Both the position numbers and the translations under genes were made by a program. The notes under the pieces were generated by a model. It saw nothing but the letters and a program-made list of their open reading frames with translations. It had not been told where the DNA came from and made no database searches. 64,000 nt of DNA from Allorhizobium sp. (lineage in GTDB: Bacteria > Pseudomonadota > Alphaproteobacteria > Rhizobiales > Rhizobiaceae): NCBI GenBank assembly GCA_965283865.1, contig CBDIQA010000001.1, positions 1,749,912 through 1,813,911 on the forward strand, written 5' to 3'. The stretch's first letter is position 1. Each line of letters opens with the position of its first letter. This document shows, one piece after another, positions 10,613 to 22,688 of this stretch.

Positions 10613-12325
10613 ATGTCCTTCAAGATGTCCCGCGCCGCCTATGCCTCGATGTTTGGTCCGACCACGGGCGACAAGGTGCGTCTTGCCGATACGGAGCTGT
10701 TCATCGAGGTGGAGAAGGATTTCACCACCTATGGCGAAGAGGTGAAGTTCGGTGGCGGCAAGGTCATCCGCGATGGCATGGGCCAGAGCCAGGTGACGCG
10801 CGCAAACGGCGCCGTCGATACCGTCATCACCAACGCGCTGATCCTTGATCACTGGGGCATCGTGAAGGCCGATATCGGGCTGAAGGACGGCCGGATCGTT
10901 GCGATCGGCAAGGCCGGCAATCCGGATACGCAGCCGGGTGTGAACATCATCGTCGGTCCCGGCACGGAAGCGATCGCCGGCGAGGGCAAGATCGTCACTG
11001 CCGGCGGCATGGATGCGCATATCCACTTCATCTGCCCGCAGCAGATCGAGGAGGCGCTGATGTCGGGCCTCACCTGCATGCTGGGTGGCGGTACGGGGCC
11101 GGCGCATGGCACGCTTGCCACGACCTGCACGCCCGGTCCCTGGCATATCGCCCGGATGATCGAGGCGGCTGACGCGTTTCCGATGAACCTCGCCTTTGCC
11201 GGCAAGGGCAATGCTTCGCTGCCCGGCGCGCTCGAGGAAATGGTGCTCGGTGGCGCGACTTCGCTCAAGCTGCACGAGGACTGGGGCACGACGCCCGGCG
11301 CCATCGATTGTTGCCTGTCGGTTGCCGACCAGTACGACGTGCAGGTGATGATCCATACGGATACGCTGAATGAAAGCGGCTTCGTCGAGGATACCGTCAA
11401 CGCCATCCGTGGCCGCACGATCCATGCCTTCCATACGGAGGGGGCGGGCGGCGGCCATGCACCTGACATCATCAAGATCTGCGGCCAGATGAACGTGCTG
11501 CCGTCGTCGACCAATCCGACGATGCCCTACACCGTCAATACGATCGCGGAGCATCTGGACATGCTGATGGTCTGCCATCACTTGTCGTCGTCGATCCCGG
11601 AAGACATCGCCTTTGCCGAAAGCCGCATCCGCAAGGAAACGATCGCGGCTGAAGACATCCTGCACGACATCGGCGCCTTCTCGATCATCTCGTCCGACAG
11701 CCAGGCCATGGGCCGCGTTGGCGAAGTGATCATTCGCACCTGGCAGACGGCCGACAAGATGAAGCGCCAGCGCGGTGCCCTGCCGTCCGAAACTGGCGAC
11801 AACGACAATATGCGCGCCAAGCGCTATATCGCGAAATACACGATCAACCCGGCGATCGCCCATGGGGTGTCCCATGAGATCGGATCGGTCGAAGTCGGCA
11901 AGCGTGCCGATCTCGTCATCTGGAACCCGGCCTTCTTCGGCGTGAAGCCCGACATGATCCTGATGGGCGGCATGATTGCTGCCGCCCCGATGGGCGATCC
12001 GAACGCCTCGATCCCGACGCCGCAGCCGGTGCATTACCGTCCGATGTTCGGCGCCTATGGCAAGGCGCGCACGAACTCCTCCGTCACCTTCGTCAGCCAG
12101 GCCGCCCTCGATGCCGGCCTCGGCAACCGTCTCGGTGTTACCAAGCAGCTGGTGGCCGTCAAGAACACCCGCGGCGGCATCTCCAAGAAGTCGATGATCC
12201 ACAACGACTTGACGCCACATGTGGAAGTGGATCCGGAGACCTATGCGGTGCGCGCCGACGGCCAGTTGCTGACCTGCGAGCCGGCGACGAAGCTGCCGAT
12301 GGCGCAGCGGTATTTCCTCTTTTGA
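10613..12325 (+). CDS. ureC: Urease alpha subunit
   Basis: [57 protein letters not shown]. Confidence 0.99.
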   Translation: MSFKMSRAAYASMFGPTTGDKVRLADTELFIEVEKDFTTYGEEVKFGGGKVIRDGMGQSQVTRANGAVDTVITNALILDHWGIVKADIGLKDGRIVAIGKAGNPDTQPGVNIIVGPGTEAIAGEGKIVTAGGMDAHIHFICPQQIEEALMSGLTCMLGGGTGPAHGTLATTCTPGPWHIARMIEAADAFPMNLAFAGKGNASLPGALEEMVLGGATSLKLHEDWGTTPGAIDCCLSVADQYDVQVMIHTDTLNESGFVEDTVNAIRGRTIHAFHTEGAGGGHAPDIIKICGQMNVLPSSTNPTMPYTVNTIAEHLDMLMVCHHLSSSIPEDIAFAESRIRKETIAAEDILHDIGAFSIISSDSQAMGRVGEVIIRTWQTADKMKRQRGALPSETGDNDNMRAKRYIAKYTINPAIAHGVSHEIGSVEVGKRADLVIWNPAFFGVKPDMILMGGMIAAAPMGDPNASIPTPQPVHYRPMFGAYGKARTNSSVTFVSQAALDAGLGNRLGVTKQLVAVKNTRGGISKKSMIHNDLTPHVEVDPETYAVRADGQLLTCEPATKLPMAQRYFLF

Positions 12326-13011
12326 TGGGCAGAGCTGCGCGGCTGGCGAAATGGCTGGGCGGCCTTCTGGTCGCCCTTTCTGTTGCTGTCGCCCTGGGGG
12401 TGTTCATCCCACGCCCTCTTACGCCGCTCGCCAGAGCCGCGTCCGGCCCGGACGCAACACAGATCCTGCTTCTCGCCAATCCGATCCACACGGACATCGC
12501 CCTGCCGCTCGACGACGAGGTGCGCGCGGCCTTTGCCGATCTCATTCCGGCGGGACTGCCGATCGGCATGCCGGGCGTGGACCACCTCATCATCGGCTGG
12601 GGCGGGCGGTCCTTCTATATCGAGACACCGACCTGGGGCGATGTCCGTCCATTGCCGGTCTTCAAGGCCCTGACGATCGATCGGTCGGTGCTCCATGTTT
12701 CTGTTGCGGGTCAGATCGATCCGTCGCATCCGGCGGTTCGTCCGCTTGACGTCTCGGGGGAGGGCCGCAGCCGGATGATTGCTGCGATCCGGGCAAGCTT
12801 CGTTCGGAAGAATGGCGAACCCGTGCCAATTCCTGGGGCGGCCTACGGATTTGACGATGCGTTCTTCGAGGCGGAAGGATCATTCAACGCGCTTGTCGGC
12901 TGCAACACCTGGACGGCGTCCATGCTGCGCAGCGCCGGAGTTCGCACCGGTTGGTGGACGCCCTTGCCGCAGTTGCTGGACCTTTCCATCGATCTCCATC
13001 ACGGCGCCTGA
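12325..13011 (+). CDS. TIGR02117/DUF2459-type urease-associated protein
   Basis: NPIHTDIALP, IGWGGRSFYIETPTW, FFEAEGSFNALVGCNTWT; translationally coupled to ureC. Confidence 0.82.
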   Translation: MGRAARLAKWLGGLLVALSVAVALGVFIPRPLTPLARAASGPDATQILLLANPIHTDIALPLDDEVRAAFADLIPAGLPIGMPGVDHLIIGWGGRSFYIETPTWGDVRPLPVFKALTIDRSVLHVSVAGQIDPSHPAVRPLDVSGEGRSRMIAAIRASFVRKNGEPVPIPGAAYGFDDAFFEAEGSFNALVGCNTWTASMLRSAGVRTGWWTPLPQLLDLSIDLHHGA

Positions 13012-13167
13012 GGGGTGCGGATCGGCCTTCATTGGCCCTTGCGGTTGCGCTCCCAATTCCGTGATTGGGTTTCACTCGTCCTTTTTAGGTGGTTCCGCCT
13101 TCAATCCCGAGATCGATCGCATTTGAGTGATTCCTTTAGGAATAGGCCAATAGACGCAGCCTAAGTC

Positions 13168-14049
13168 ATGGGCATGTTCATGAAGGAGCAGGCGGTGATT
13201 CTCATCGGCAAACGGCCGTGGCAGCAGATCGATCTCAAGGGCTTTGACAGGCCTTATGGGATCTGGAGCTTTGCTTTCCGGGTCAGTTTTCGCTCCGTCA
13301 TCATCAGCTGTCTTGCCGGCTTGGTCGCCTTGCCGCTCCTCTATGCGCTTGATCTCGTGGCGATCCCGTTCGAGGAGACGGTCAGGCTGATGGTCGCCTT
13401 CTCCTGGCTGTTTGGTGGCGTCTTGTCGGGCGCTCTCGCCTTCGTCGCCGGGCATGTCATTCGCGACCTCATGCAGTCGCGCACAGACTTCGAACGACTG
13501 AGCCGGACAGACACGCTGTCGGGGCTCGCGAACCGGCGGGCGTTCAACGAAGCCTTGGCGGCGGTGCACGAGGATGCTTCGCTCGCAATCATCGATATCG
13601 ACCGGTTCAAGTCGATCAATGATCGCTTCGGACACCAGGCCGGCGATCGGGTGATCCAGGCGATCTCATCGGTGTTGAGAGAGGTGTTTTGCGATCGGCA
13701 CCTCGTCGCCCGTCTGGGCGGTGAGGAGTTCGGGGTGATCCTTGAACGTGGCACGGTAGCTGAGCGCCTGGCGCTGGTCGAGCACGCGCGCCTGCGGGTG
13801 GCCGAGATGAGCGCGAGTTACCATCAGGCTCAACTCTGTGTGACCATCTCGGCTGGTGTCGCCGAGTTCGAACCCGGCAAGCGGCCGGAAATCGTCTATG
13901 CCTGGGCGGATAAGGCGCTTTACCTTGCCAAGGATAGCGGTCGCAACAGGGTTTTCCACGAGCAATCGCTGTCGATCAGCGATCCCGTGCTGGCCGAGCA
14001 TGCTCCTGATGATGCTCGCCTTTTCGCTGCGATCGGACGGCGCGGCTGA
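13168..14049 (+). CDS. Membrane-anchored diguanylate cyclase (GGDEF)
   Basis: Two TM segments; DTLSGLANRR, DIDRFKSINDRFGHQAGD, RLGGEEF, ADKALYLAK. Confidence 0.92.
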   Translation: MGMFMKEQAVILIGKRPWQQIDLKGFDRPYGIWSFAFRVSFRSVIISCLAGLVALPLLYALDLVAIPFEETVRLMVAFSWLFGGVLSGALAFVAGHVIRDLMQSRTDFERLSRTDTLSGLANRRAFNEALAAVHEDASLAIIDIDRFKSINDRFGHQAGDRVIQAISSVLREVFCDRHLVARLGGEEFGVILERGTVAERLALVEHARLRVAEMSASYHQAQLCVTISAGVAEFEPGKRPEIVYAWADKALYLAKDSGRNRVFHEQSLSISDPVLAEHAPDDARLFAAIGRRG

Positions 14050-14115
14050 AGAACGATCTTGCCGTATGCCTCATTCCTGTGCATGGTTTAAAAAACAGTC
14101 ATGCCGGGAGTTTTC

Positions 14116-14601
14116 ATGCAGCGCGCGACATCTTTCAAACCTGCCGGTTCGGTCGCCGATGCGCCGGAAGGCACCGTTGTCCTTCCCCATGACGGGCGTC
14201 ATCTGCGACGCAAGCTCCTGCATCTCGACAATGGCGATATGGTCATGCTCGACCTTAAGGAGCCGGTCCTTTTCCACCACGGCGACAGGCTTGTGCTCGA
14301 TGATGGTACGACGATCGAGATCCAGGCGGCCGAGGAGCGGCTGTTCGAGATCCGTCCACGTGACGGCCAGCACCTGATCGAGCTCGCCTGGCATCTCGGC
14401 AACCGGCATCTCGCCGCGCAGATCGAAACCGGCCGTATTCTGATCCAGCGCGATCACGTCATCCGCGAGATGCTGATCGGTCTCGGGGCCGAGGTCACTG
14501 ATGTCGTCGAGCCGTTCCAGCCGGTGCGCGGGGCCTACCATGCGCATGGTGGTCACGGCTCCCACGGCGGCCATCACGAGGCCGGACATGGCCATGGCTG
14601 A
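14116..14601 (+). CDS. ureE: Urease accessory protein UreE (Ni chaperone)
   Basis: [17 protein letters not shown] and His-rich tail [20 protein letters not shown]. Confidence 0.95.
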   Translation: MQRATSFKPAGSVADAPEGTVVLPHDGRHLRRKLLHLDNGDMVMLDLKEPVLFHHGDRLVLDDGTTIEIQAAEERLFEIRPRDGQHLIELAWHLGNRHLAAQIETGRILIQRDHVIREMLIGLGAEVTDVVEPFQPVRGAYHAHGGHGSHGGHHEAGHGHG

Positions 14602-15280
14602 CATGGCGGCAGACGGTCTTGCCGCCCGCCAGGCGCTGCTCCGGCTGATGGCCTGGCTTTCGCCTGCCTTTCCCATCGGCGGGTTTTCCTATTCTGCCGG
14701 CCTGGAGAGTGCCGTCGTCGAAGGTCACGTCTCCGGTGGTGATGATCTCGAGGCCTGGCTTCTGGTGCTGCTCGGCGATGGCGGGATGCGCAATGATGCA
14801 ATCCTGCTTGGCGAGGCGCATCGGCTGCAGAGCGAGAGCCAGGCGCTCAACGAGATCGTGTCGCTCGCGACAGCGCTTGCCGGATCGGCGGAGCGATATG
14901 CGGAGATTACCCGTCTCGGCGAGGCCTTCGTACAGGCGGCGTCTGCCTGGCCGCATCCGGTGATCGATGCGCTGCCGGGGCCTGTGCCCTATAGTGTCGC
15001 CGTCGGTGCCGTGGCTGCGGCGCATGGCGTTGATAGGGTCGATGCGATCGCTGCCTTTCTGCATGCGCAGATGTCGCAATATGTTTCGGTCGTGATCCGC
15101 CTCGCCGTGATCGGCCAGACCCGCGGTGTCGCGATCCTCGCAGGATCGGAGGCGCCGATCCTTGCTGCGGCTTCGTCCTATGCGCGGCTCGGTCTCGACG
15201 ATCTCGGTTCTGCGACGATCATTGCGGATACGCTCAGCATGCGCCACGAGGCCCAGTATTCCCGACTTTTCCAATCCTAA
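14594..15280 (+). CDS. ureF: Urease accessory protein UreF
   Basis: [18 protein letters not shown]; C-terminal [11 protein letters not shown]. Confidence 0.95.
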   Translation: MADMAADGLAARQALLRLMAWLSPAFPIGGFSYSAGLESAVVEGHVSGGDDLEAWLLVLLGDGGMRNDAILLGEAHRLQSESQALNEIVSLATALAGSAERYAEITRLGEAFVQAASAWPHPVIDALPGPVPYSVAVGAVAAAHGVDRVDAIAAFLHAQMSQYVSVVIRLAVIGQTRGVAILAGSEAPILAAASSYARLGLDDLGSATIIADTLSMRHEAQYSRLFQS

Positions 15281-15305
15281 GCGAAAGCGCTCACACAGGA
15301 CGAAC

Positions 15306-15920
15306 ATGATGAAATCGAAGAATGGTCCCCTTCGCGTCGGTATCGGCGGACCGGTTGGATCCGGCAAGACGGCGCTGACGGAGAAGCTCTGCAAGGCGAT
15401 GCGTGACGACTATTCCGTCGCGGTCGTCACAAACGACATCTACACCCGCGAGGACGCCGATGCGCTGATCCGCATGCAGGCGCTGACGTCGGACCGGGTC
15501 GTCGGCGTGGAGACCGGCGGCTGTCCGCATACGGCGATCCGCGAGGATGCCTCGATCAATCTGAAGGCCATTGCCGATCTCAATGCCCGGATCCCGGATC
15601 TCGACATCGTCTTCATCGAGTCGGGCGGCGATAATCTGGCAGCGACTTTCTCGCCTGATCTCGCCGATATCACCCTTTATGTGATCTCGGTCTGCCAGGG
15701 CGAGGAGATCCCGCGCAAGGGCGGGCCGGGGATCACGCGGTCGGATCTGCTTGTTATCAACAAGACCGATCTTGCGCCGCATGTCGGTGTCGATCTCGAC
15801 GTGATGGAGCGGGATGCGGGCCGCATGCGCTCCGAGCGACCCTTCGTCTTCACGGACCTGAAGCGCGGTGCTGGCGTCGACCGAATCGTCAGCTTCCTGC
15901 AGGAGAGCGGGGGGCTCTGA
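15306..15920 (+). CDS. ureG: Urease accessory GTPase UreG
   Basis: [27 protein letters not shown]. Confidence 0.97.
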   Translation: MMKSKNGPLRVGIGGPVGSGKTALTEKLCKAMRDDYSVAVVTNDIYTREDADALIRMQALTSDRVVGVETGGCPHTAIREDASINLKAIADLNARIPDLDIVFIESGGDNLAATFSPDLADITLYVISVCQGEEIPRKGGPGITRSDLLVINKTDLAPHVGVDLDVMERDAGRMRSERPFVFTDLKRGAGVDRIVSFLQESGGL

Positions 15921-15953
15921 GCAGGAGACAGACATATCAGGGTCGAGGCGCGC

Positions 15954-16628
15954 TCAGATCTGCTTGAGTGCGCTCACGTCGCTGATATGGATCGTCCGTC
16001 CACGGACGATGACGCCCACGCGGCGAAGCGTCGAGAAGGCCCGGGAGAGCGCCTCGGGTGCTAAGCCGAGCTTGCCGGCCAGCAGGCTCTTCTGGAAGGG
16101 CAGGCGGATGGCGGCCGGGCCGCCTTCGGTTTCGCAATGGGTTAGAAGATAGTGTGCGACACGCTGCGGGGCCGTCTGCAGACGGTCATTGGCGATGCAA
16201 TCCATCGTCGTGCGCAGATGGTCAGACAGGCAGCGGATGATTGATTTCGCCACATCCTTTTCGTGCTCGGCGAGCGCCCGGACACGCTGCAGATCGAAGC
16301 GCGCGAGCGTTACCGTCTCGGCGGCCTGGGCGTTGTAGAGATACTTGTCGCCAAGGGCGAGCAGGCATTCGGCGAAGGTGTCTCCCGGACCGCAAATGCG
16401 GATGTCGGCCTCGCGACCGTCCTTGTTCAGGCGGTAGAGCCGCACATAGCCGGTCAACACACTGTAAAAGCAATCGGCGGGCTCTCCCTCGCGGAACAGC
16501 ACATCCCGGGCTTCGTAATTGGAGATATTGGCGATCTCCATCATCGAGGCCATGGCCGTCGGGCCAAGTTGTGACAAGAAGGACGTCCGCAGGAGCGTAT
16601 TCTTGTCTCGCGAGTTCAGTCTCAGCAT
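15954..16628 (-). CDS. Crp/Fnr family transcriptional regulator
   Basis: cNMP-binding fold (LFREGEPAD, GPGDTFAE) and C-terminal HTH LAGKLGLAPEALSRAF. Confidence 0.9.
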   Translation of the reverse strand: MLRLNSRDKNTLLRTSFLSQLGPTAMASMMEIANISNYEARDVLFREGEPADCFYSVLTGYVRLYRLNKDGREADIRICGPGDTFAECLLALGDKYLYNAQAAETVTLARFDLQRVRALAEHEKDVAKSIIRCLSDHLRTTMDCIANDRLQTAPQRVAHYLLTHCETEGGPAAIRLPFQKSLLAGKLGLAPEALSRAFSTLRRVGVIVRGRTIHISDVSALKQI

Positions 16629-16813
16629 CTTGTTCACGGTTTTCACGGCTCCCCATCCATCACGGTGTCCGGGCATTCAGCGCTGCAATCGTCGCACCTG
16701 CTTTCACCCGAATTGGGTCAAGGCCCCGCATCGGACCGGCGCATCTCCTGCAGGTCCCGATATCTTTGCCCTTCCCAGTCGATTCACATTATCGCGGTGC
16801 CAGCTAGTTCGGA

Positions 16814-16827
16814 TTGATTTCGATCAA
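16814..16827. promoter_or_regulatory. FNR/FixK-type (anaerobox) site
   Basis: Exact TTGAT-N4-ATCAA match about 190 bp upstream of the Crp/Fnr gene. Confidence 0.65.
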
Positions 16828-16935
16828 AGCCCCAGTGGCATATGACGATTGTCGAATGCAGACCCCTGACGTAGTGGCGCGCGCTTCGTTGCCGAAGCAC
16901 TCGTTTATGGAGAGCAGTCGTTTTGTGACTGGGTC

Positions 16936-17610
16936 TCAGAACTTCACGCCAAGACCGAATTAGACGGTGTGCTGGCTGAGGTCGGCACCGATCGAGGCTG
17001 CACCGAAGTCGAGTTCGCTGGTGCCGAAGTCGTTGTAGCGATAGTCGACTCGACCGAAGATCCTGTCAGTGACTGCATAGGCCATACCGGCGCCGAGCGT
17101 GTATCCGTGGAAGCTCGCGGTCGTCGTGGACACGCCGATATACTCCGCTTCCAGATGCGTGGCCGCCCAGCCGGCGGTCGTGTAGATCAGAAGGCGGTCG
17201 ACGGCATAACCGAGGCGCAAGCGGGCGGAGCCTTGCCAGTCTGCGCCGCCGGTGAAGGTGCCGAACTGCGCCGTCACGGTGACATCCTGAATGTTGTATT
17301 CGACGTCGCCTTCGATGCCGAGAACGAGGTTGTTGTCGAATTGCGCATTGACGCCGGCAAATGCCCCGAGGACTGTGCCGTTGAGCGGATCTTCCGTCGG
17401 CGGATAGCCTGCCGGAGGCTCAAAGTAGCCGTCCATCCAGCCGTAGCCGCCGGCAATGCCTGCGTAACGACCGCTCCAGTCATGAGGAGCGCTTTCGACG
17501 TCAGCGGCGACGGAATAGGCCGCCGGCGTGCCGATGGCTTCGCCAGCCGATGCTGTGCCGGCGAGCAGGGAAAAGGTGATCGTGATGAAAGGTCTCAAGG
17601 CAAGCCTCAT
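16936..17610 (-). pseudogene. Omp25/RopB-type outer membrane protein with premature TAA at 16962-16960 (or a base-call error)
   Basis: Signal peptide; WSGRYAG, VLGIEGD, RLRLGYA, YRYNDFG; after the in-frame TAA the frame continues FGLGVKF-TGA, the usual terminal beta-strand. Confidence 0.75.
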
Positions 17611-17691
17611 AATACGCAATAGCGACAATGCTTAGAGGTTGCATCATTGAGCTTTTGCGTGACTTGAGGATGTGGGTGCCTAGGGCACTCG

Positions 17692-17722
17692 AGACCGGCC
17701 GCCGATCTGCGGCGGCCGGTCT
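17692..17722. terminator. Strong stem-loop downstream of RND permease
   Basis: AGACCGGCCGCCG-ATCTG-CGGCGGCCGGTCT (13-bp stem); no clear U-tract. Confidence 0.5.
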
Positions 17723-17729
17723 GGTCTGA

Positions 17730-20700
17730 TCATTCCGCTGCGAGCGGCGGAAGGTTGATGACGTTGCCGTTGCCGTCGCTCTTGCGGCTTACCGGCTGGC
17801 TGCGTTCGACGGCAGAGACCCGCTTTTCGACGGCTTCCAGCGCGGCCACGTTCTTGCGGGCGAGGAAGGACAGGACCTCCGGCGTCAGCGGCTCTTCCTC
17901 TTCTTCCTTCTTGCCGACGAAGCGGCTGAAAATCCAGCCGAGCAGGCGGGAGACGTCGTCGAGGATCAGGAAGAAGGCCGGCACGACCACAAGGCTCAGC
18001 ACGGTGGAGACGATGATGCCGCCGATGACGGCGATTGCCATCGGTGCGCGGAACGAGCCGCCTTCACCGACACCGAGTGCCGAGGGAAGCATGCCCGCCG
18101 ACATGGCGATCGAGGTCATGATGATCGGACGGGCGCGCTTGCGGCCGGCCTCCACCATGGCTTCGAGGCGATGCATGCCCTGGCGGCGCATTTCGATGGC
18201 GAAGTCGACCAGCAGGATGGCGTTCTTCGTCACAATACCCATCAGCATCAGGATGCCGATGAGGACGGGCATGGAGAGCGCGTTGTTCGTCAGGATCAGC
18301 GCCACTGCCACGCCGCCGATCGCGAGCGGCAGCGAGAACAGGATCGTGAAGGGCTGGATGACGTCCTTGAAGAGCAGGATCAGCACCATCAGCACGAGCA
18401 GCAGGCCGAGCAGCATCGCGTTGGCGAAGGACTGCTGCATTTCCCCCTGGATCTCGGCGTCACCGCTTTCAGCCAATCGCACGCTCTCCGGGATCTCGGC
18501 GCTTGCCACGGCGTCGCGGAAGGCGTTGGTCGCGGTGTCGAGTGCGACGCCCTGTGGCAGGCCGGCACCGATCGAAACGACGCGGTTGCGGTCGTTGCGC
18601 TTGATGGAGGAGACGCCTTCCGCATAGTCGATGTCGGCGACGCTCGAAAGCGGCACGGTCGCACCACTTGCCGTGCGCACCTTCAGGGCACGAATGGCGG
18701 CCAGATCGGTGCGCAGATCGATCGAGGCCTGAACGCGGATCGGGATCTGCCGGTTGTCCAGCGAGATCTTCGGAAGTGCCGCATCCACATCACCAATTGT
18801 GGCAACGCGGACCGTCTGGGCGATCTGCTGGGCCGTGATCCCAAGGCGGGCTGCTTCATCGGCACGCGGGCGGATCTGCAGTTCCGGACGGGGCAGGGCA
18901 CCATCGGCGCTGACATTGGCGAGTTCCGGCACCTGGCGCAGCTTGGCTTCAAGGATGCCGACGGCCTGGTTCAGTTCTTCCTCGTTCTTCGACAGGAAGT
19001 TGAAGGTGATGTCGCGTTCGCCACGGTCGTTGAGCTTGGTCACCCGGATGTCGGGGATGGAAGCAAGCTTGGCGAAGACCTCGTCCTCAATGTCCCACTG
19101 CGGACGCGTGCGGCCGTTCTCCGGCAGCTTCGGAAGGTAGTCGCCGATCAACGGCAGACCGCCGAGACCCTTGTTGACGAGCGTCTTTGCCAGCGAGTGC
19201 TCGATGCGATCAAGGTTCATCGTGACGCTGGCGCGGCGAAGCTCCAGATCGCCGCGCGGCGAGGAGCCGCCGAGGATGAAGATGCTGGCGACATCGGGCA
19301 CATCCTGGATCGCGGCATAGATCGCATCCGTCTTGCGCTCGGTTTCTTCGAGCGTGGCGTTCGGCGGAAGCTCGACGGAGAGCACGATACGGCCTGCATC
19401 TTCCGGCGGGATGAAGCTGCCGGGCACGCCAGAGAGCAGGATGATCGAGCCGACCAGGAAAGCGATGGCGGCGGCAAGCGTCAGCAGGCGGGACACCCAG
19501 CCAAAGCCGACGCGGGCGAACATGAAATGCACGAACCTGCCGGCGGGGGTCTCGGATGTTTCGCTCTGGCGCTCGACCCGCTCACCCCAGTTCCGCAGGA
19601 CCTGCGGTGCCCATCCACCCGTCGTTGCCCGGACGATGCGGGTGTATATCTTGAGCGGCAGGCTGTCGTTGTCGTGATGGTCGTCCATCGCGTCTTCTGC
19701 CCGCATCAGGTAGGCGGCCATCATCGGCGTGATGAGGCGCGCCACAAGCAGCGAGAAGAAGACGGAGAAGGCGACCGTCAGGCCGAACTGGATGAAGTAC
19801 TGGCCCGGAATGCCCGGCATGAAGGAGACCGGCACGAAGACCGCGATGATCGTGAAGGTGGTCGCGATGACGGCCAGACCGATTTCGTCGGCGGCTTCGA
19901 TCGCTGCCCGATAGGGTGTCTTGCCCATCTTGATGTGCCGGGCGATGTTTTCCACCTCGACGATCGCGTCGTCGACGAGAATACCGGTCGCCAGCGTCAG
20001 CGCCAGGAACGAGACGAGGTTCAGCGAGAAGCCCATCAGGTCCATGACCCAGAATGTCGGGATGGCCGAGAGCGGTAGCGCCACGGCGGAGATCAGCGTC
20101 GCGCGCCAGTTGCGCAGGAAGAGAAGCACGACGATGACGGCGAGGATCGCGCCCTCGACGAGGGTGTGCATGGCCGCTTCGTAGTTGCCGTAGGTGAAGT
20201 AGACCGAGTCGTCGATCATCTCGATCTGGACGTCGGGATTCTCGGCACGAACGGTAGCAAGGCTTTCGGCCACGGTTTCGGCAACCGTCACTTCGCTCGC
20301 ACCCTTGGCGCGGAACACGGCGAAGGACACGACGGGCTTGCCATCGTGACGGGCAAAGGACTTCTGTTCCTGATAGGTGTCTACAACACGGCCGAGGTCG
20401 GACAGCTTGACGAAGCGGCCACCGGTAAGGGCGATCGTGGTGTTGGCGAGGCTCTCGACATCGCGGTTGTCGCCGAGCGTGCGGATCGACTGCTCGGCGC
20501 CGGCGACCTGGCCGCGGCCGGAGCCCAGATCGATATTGGTGCCCTGGAGCTGGCTTGAGATATCCGACGCGGTCACGCCCAAGGCGTCGAGGCGGTTGGG
20601 GTCGAGCTCGACGCGGACTTCGCGGTCGGCGCCGCCATAGCGGTCGACCTTGCCGATGCCCGGCTGGCCCTGCAGCGCGCGCTTGACGGTATCGTCGACG

Positions 20701-21168
20701 AACCAGGACAGTTCGGCGAGATTCATGTTGGGCGAGGAGACGGCGAAGCTCTGGATCGCCTGACCTTCGACATCAATCTTGGTGACAATGGGTTCATCGA
20801 CAGAGGCGGGCAGGTCGCCGCGGATCTGGTCGATCGCGTCCTTGACGTCCTGCACTGCCTGTTCGGTCGGCACTTCCATACGGAACATGATGACGGTCTG
20901 GGACTGGCCGTCGGTCAGCGTCGGCTCGACCAGGTCGACGCCGGTGATCGAGGCGTAGCGCGTCTTCGACTTCCTTCGTCACCTGGCTTTCAAGCTCAGC
21001 CGGGGAGGCGCCGCTCTGGCCGACGGTGATCGCCACCAGGGGAACGTCGATGTTCGGAAACCGGGTGATCGGCAGCGCATAAAACGACTGGATGCCAACG
21101 ACCATCAGGAGGAAGAAGGCCAGAATCGGCGCAATCGGATTGCGGATGGACCATGCAGAGAAATTCAT
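17730..21168 (-). CDS. RND efflux permease (AcrB/AcrD/AcrF family), +1 frameshift near 20957
   Basis: N-terminus MNFSAWSIRNP...FPNIDVP is in one frame and the body (GILVDDAIVEVENI, GIVTKNAILLVDF, RARPIIMT) in another. Confidence 0.9.
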
Positions 21169-21182
21169 GGCGTCGTCGCCCT

Positions 21183-22367
21183 TCAGTTGGAAACGCTGCT
21201 GGTGTCTTCCACGGGGTTGATTTTATCCCCGTCGCGGACAAACACGCCCGCCTTTGCGACGACCTTGTCGCCTTCATCGAGGCCCTCGGTCACCTGAATG
21301 TAGGACCCGTCCTGGATGCCTGTCTTGATCTCGACCATCTGCACGGTTCCGTCGAGAACCTTGCGGACTGTCGACTTGCCGCTTTCGGTGGTGATCGCGG
21401 ACAGCGGCAGGGCGATGCCCTTTGCTTCGCTGACAATGATCGCGGCACTGCCATACATGCCCGACCGGGCGGCCAGATCGTCGTCTAGTGCGATATGAAC
21501 CGCACCCAGACGGGTGACCGGATCGACGACCGGGGAGATGAGGCGCACAGACCCTGTGAGGGGTTGCGTGCTGCCGGCAATCGTCACGGCTGCCTTCTGG
21601 CCCTGCTTGAGGCGCAGGATATCATTTTCCGGGACATCCGCCACCAGTTCGATCTGTCCGTCGCGGATGACCGTGAAGAGCGGCTGGCCAGCTCCGGTTG
21701 CGATCGCGCCAATCCGGGCGTTGCGCACCGAAATGGTGCCTGTGACCGGCGACTTGATGTCGGTGCGTGCGAGGCGAAGGTCTGTGTCGGCAATCTGCGT
21801 GTCAACGACCTTGATGTCGGCTTCGGCGACGGTGATCGCCTGGCGAGCGGTCTCGACCCGGGCGGTCGCGCTGGCGAGCGACGTTTCAGCCTGCTCTTTT
21901 TGTGAGGTGGAGACGGAACCTGATGAGACCAGGCGCGTTGCACGTTCAAACTGGCGCTGGGCGTCGTTGAGGCTTGCTTCGGCTTCGACGAGTTGCGCCT
22001 GATACTGGGCAAGGGCAGCTTCCGCCTTCGCCCGGTTGGCGAGATACTGGCTGCGCTGAAGCAGGAGCGTGTCTTCGCTCAGCTTCGCGACCACCGCGTC
22101 GGCTTGGACCGTGTTGCCGACATCGGCGTTCAGGGACTGGATCTGCAGACCCTCGACCTGAGGCTGGATCTGCACCTCTTCCTCGGCGCGCAATGTGCCC
22201 GTGGAAACGACCCTGTCGACGAGATCGCGGCTCTCAGCCGCTGTGACGATAATGGCCGGGAGGTTCTGCGCTGGTGCCGCCGGCTGTTCCTGGGCAATGG
22301 CGACTGAGGCCGCCAGCGACAGAGTGGCAGCCATCAGCACAGACTTCGCATTGGCGTTTCGAAACAT
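21183..22367 (-). CDS. RND efflux periplasmic adaptor (membrane fusion protein)
   Basis: Signal peptide, lipoyl-half motifs, coiled-coil hairpin, IKSPVTGTI, GLDEGDKVV; upstream of the RND permease. Confidence 0.92.
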   Translation of the reverse strand: MFRNANAKSVLMAATLSLAASVAIAQEQPAAPAQNLPAIIVTAAESRDLVDRVVSTGTLRAEEEVQIQPQVEGLQIQSLNADVGNTVQADAVVAKLSEDTLLLQRSQYLANRAKAEAALAQYQAQLVEAEASLNDAQRQFERATRLVSSGSVSTSQKEQAETSLASATARVETARQAITVAEADIKVVDTQIADTDLRLARTDIKSPVTGTISVRNARIGAIATGAGQPLFTVIRDGQIELVADVPENDILRLKQGQKAAVTIAGSTQPLTGSVRLISPVVDPVTRLGAVHIALDDDLAARSGMYGSAAIIVSEAKGIALPLSAITTESGKSTVRKVLDGTVQMVEIKTGIQDGSYIQVTEGLDEGDKVVAKAGVFVRDGDKINPVEDTSSVSN

Positions 22368-22635
22368 GAGACCCTTCCCAGAGAATGATAAAATCAGTTT
22401 TGAAAGCATTACGTCTTGTCAGCCGGATCGGCTCACAGCGTCGAAGCTAACGACACTCATACGCTGTTTTCAACTTTTCGGCATCTGAACCCAGATGAAG
22501 AGGTGGGGGATCGCAAAACCCCTTGCAAGAGGCTTAACGGCCATTTGCGATGCGCTCGTGAAAATAGTTCAATATAGAACGATGGTGTTGCCGATTTGCC
22601 AGTCCCGGCGACAGAAAATGATCAGTAAAACCTAC

Positions 22636-22662
22636 AAAAAACACGGGGATTGCTCCCCGTGT
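22636..22662 (-). terminator. Rho-independent terminator of the pyrimidine ABC operon
   Basis: ACACGGGGA-TTGC-TCCCCGTGT stem with an A6 tract on its left (U-tract on minus strand). Confidence 0.75.
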
Positions 22663-22688
22663 CTTTCATTCGCAGTGGTCCGCCAAGA

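Noticed and set aside
10415-12220. Long antisense ORFs (e.g. 10415-12220, 18171-20078, 54617-56494, 62019-63671)
   Set aside because: These are shadow frames of well-supported genes in GC-rich DNA and have no recognisable motifs.
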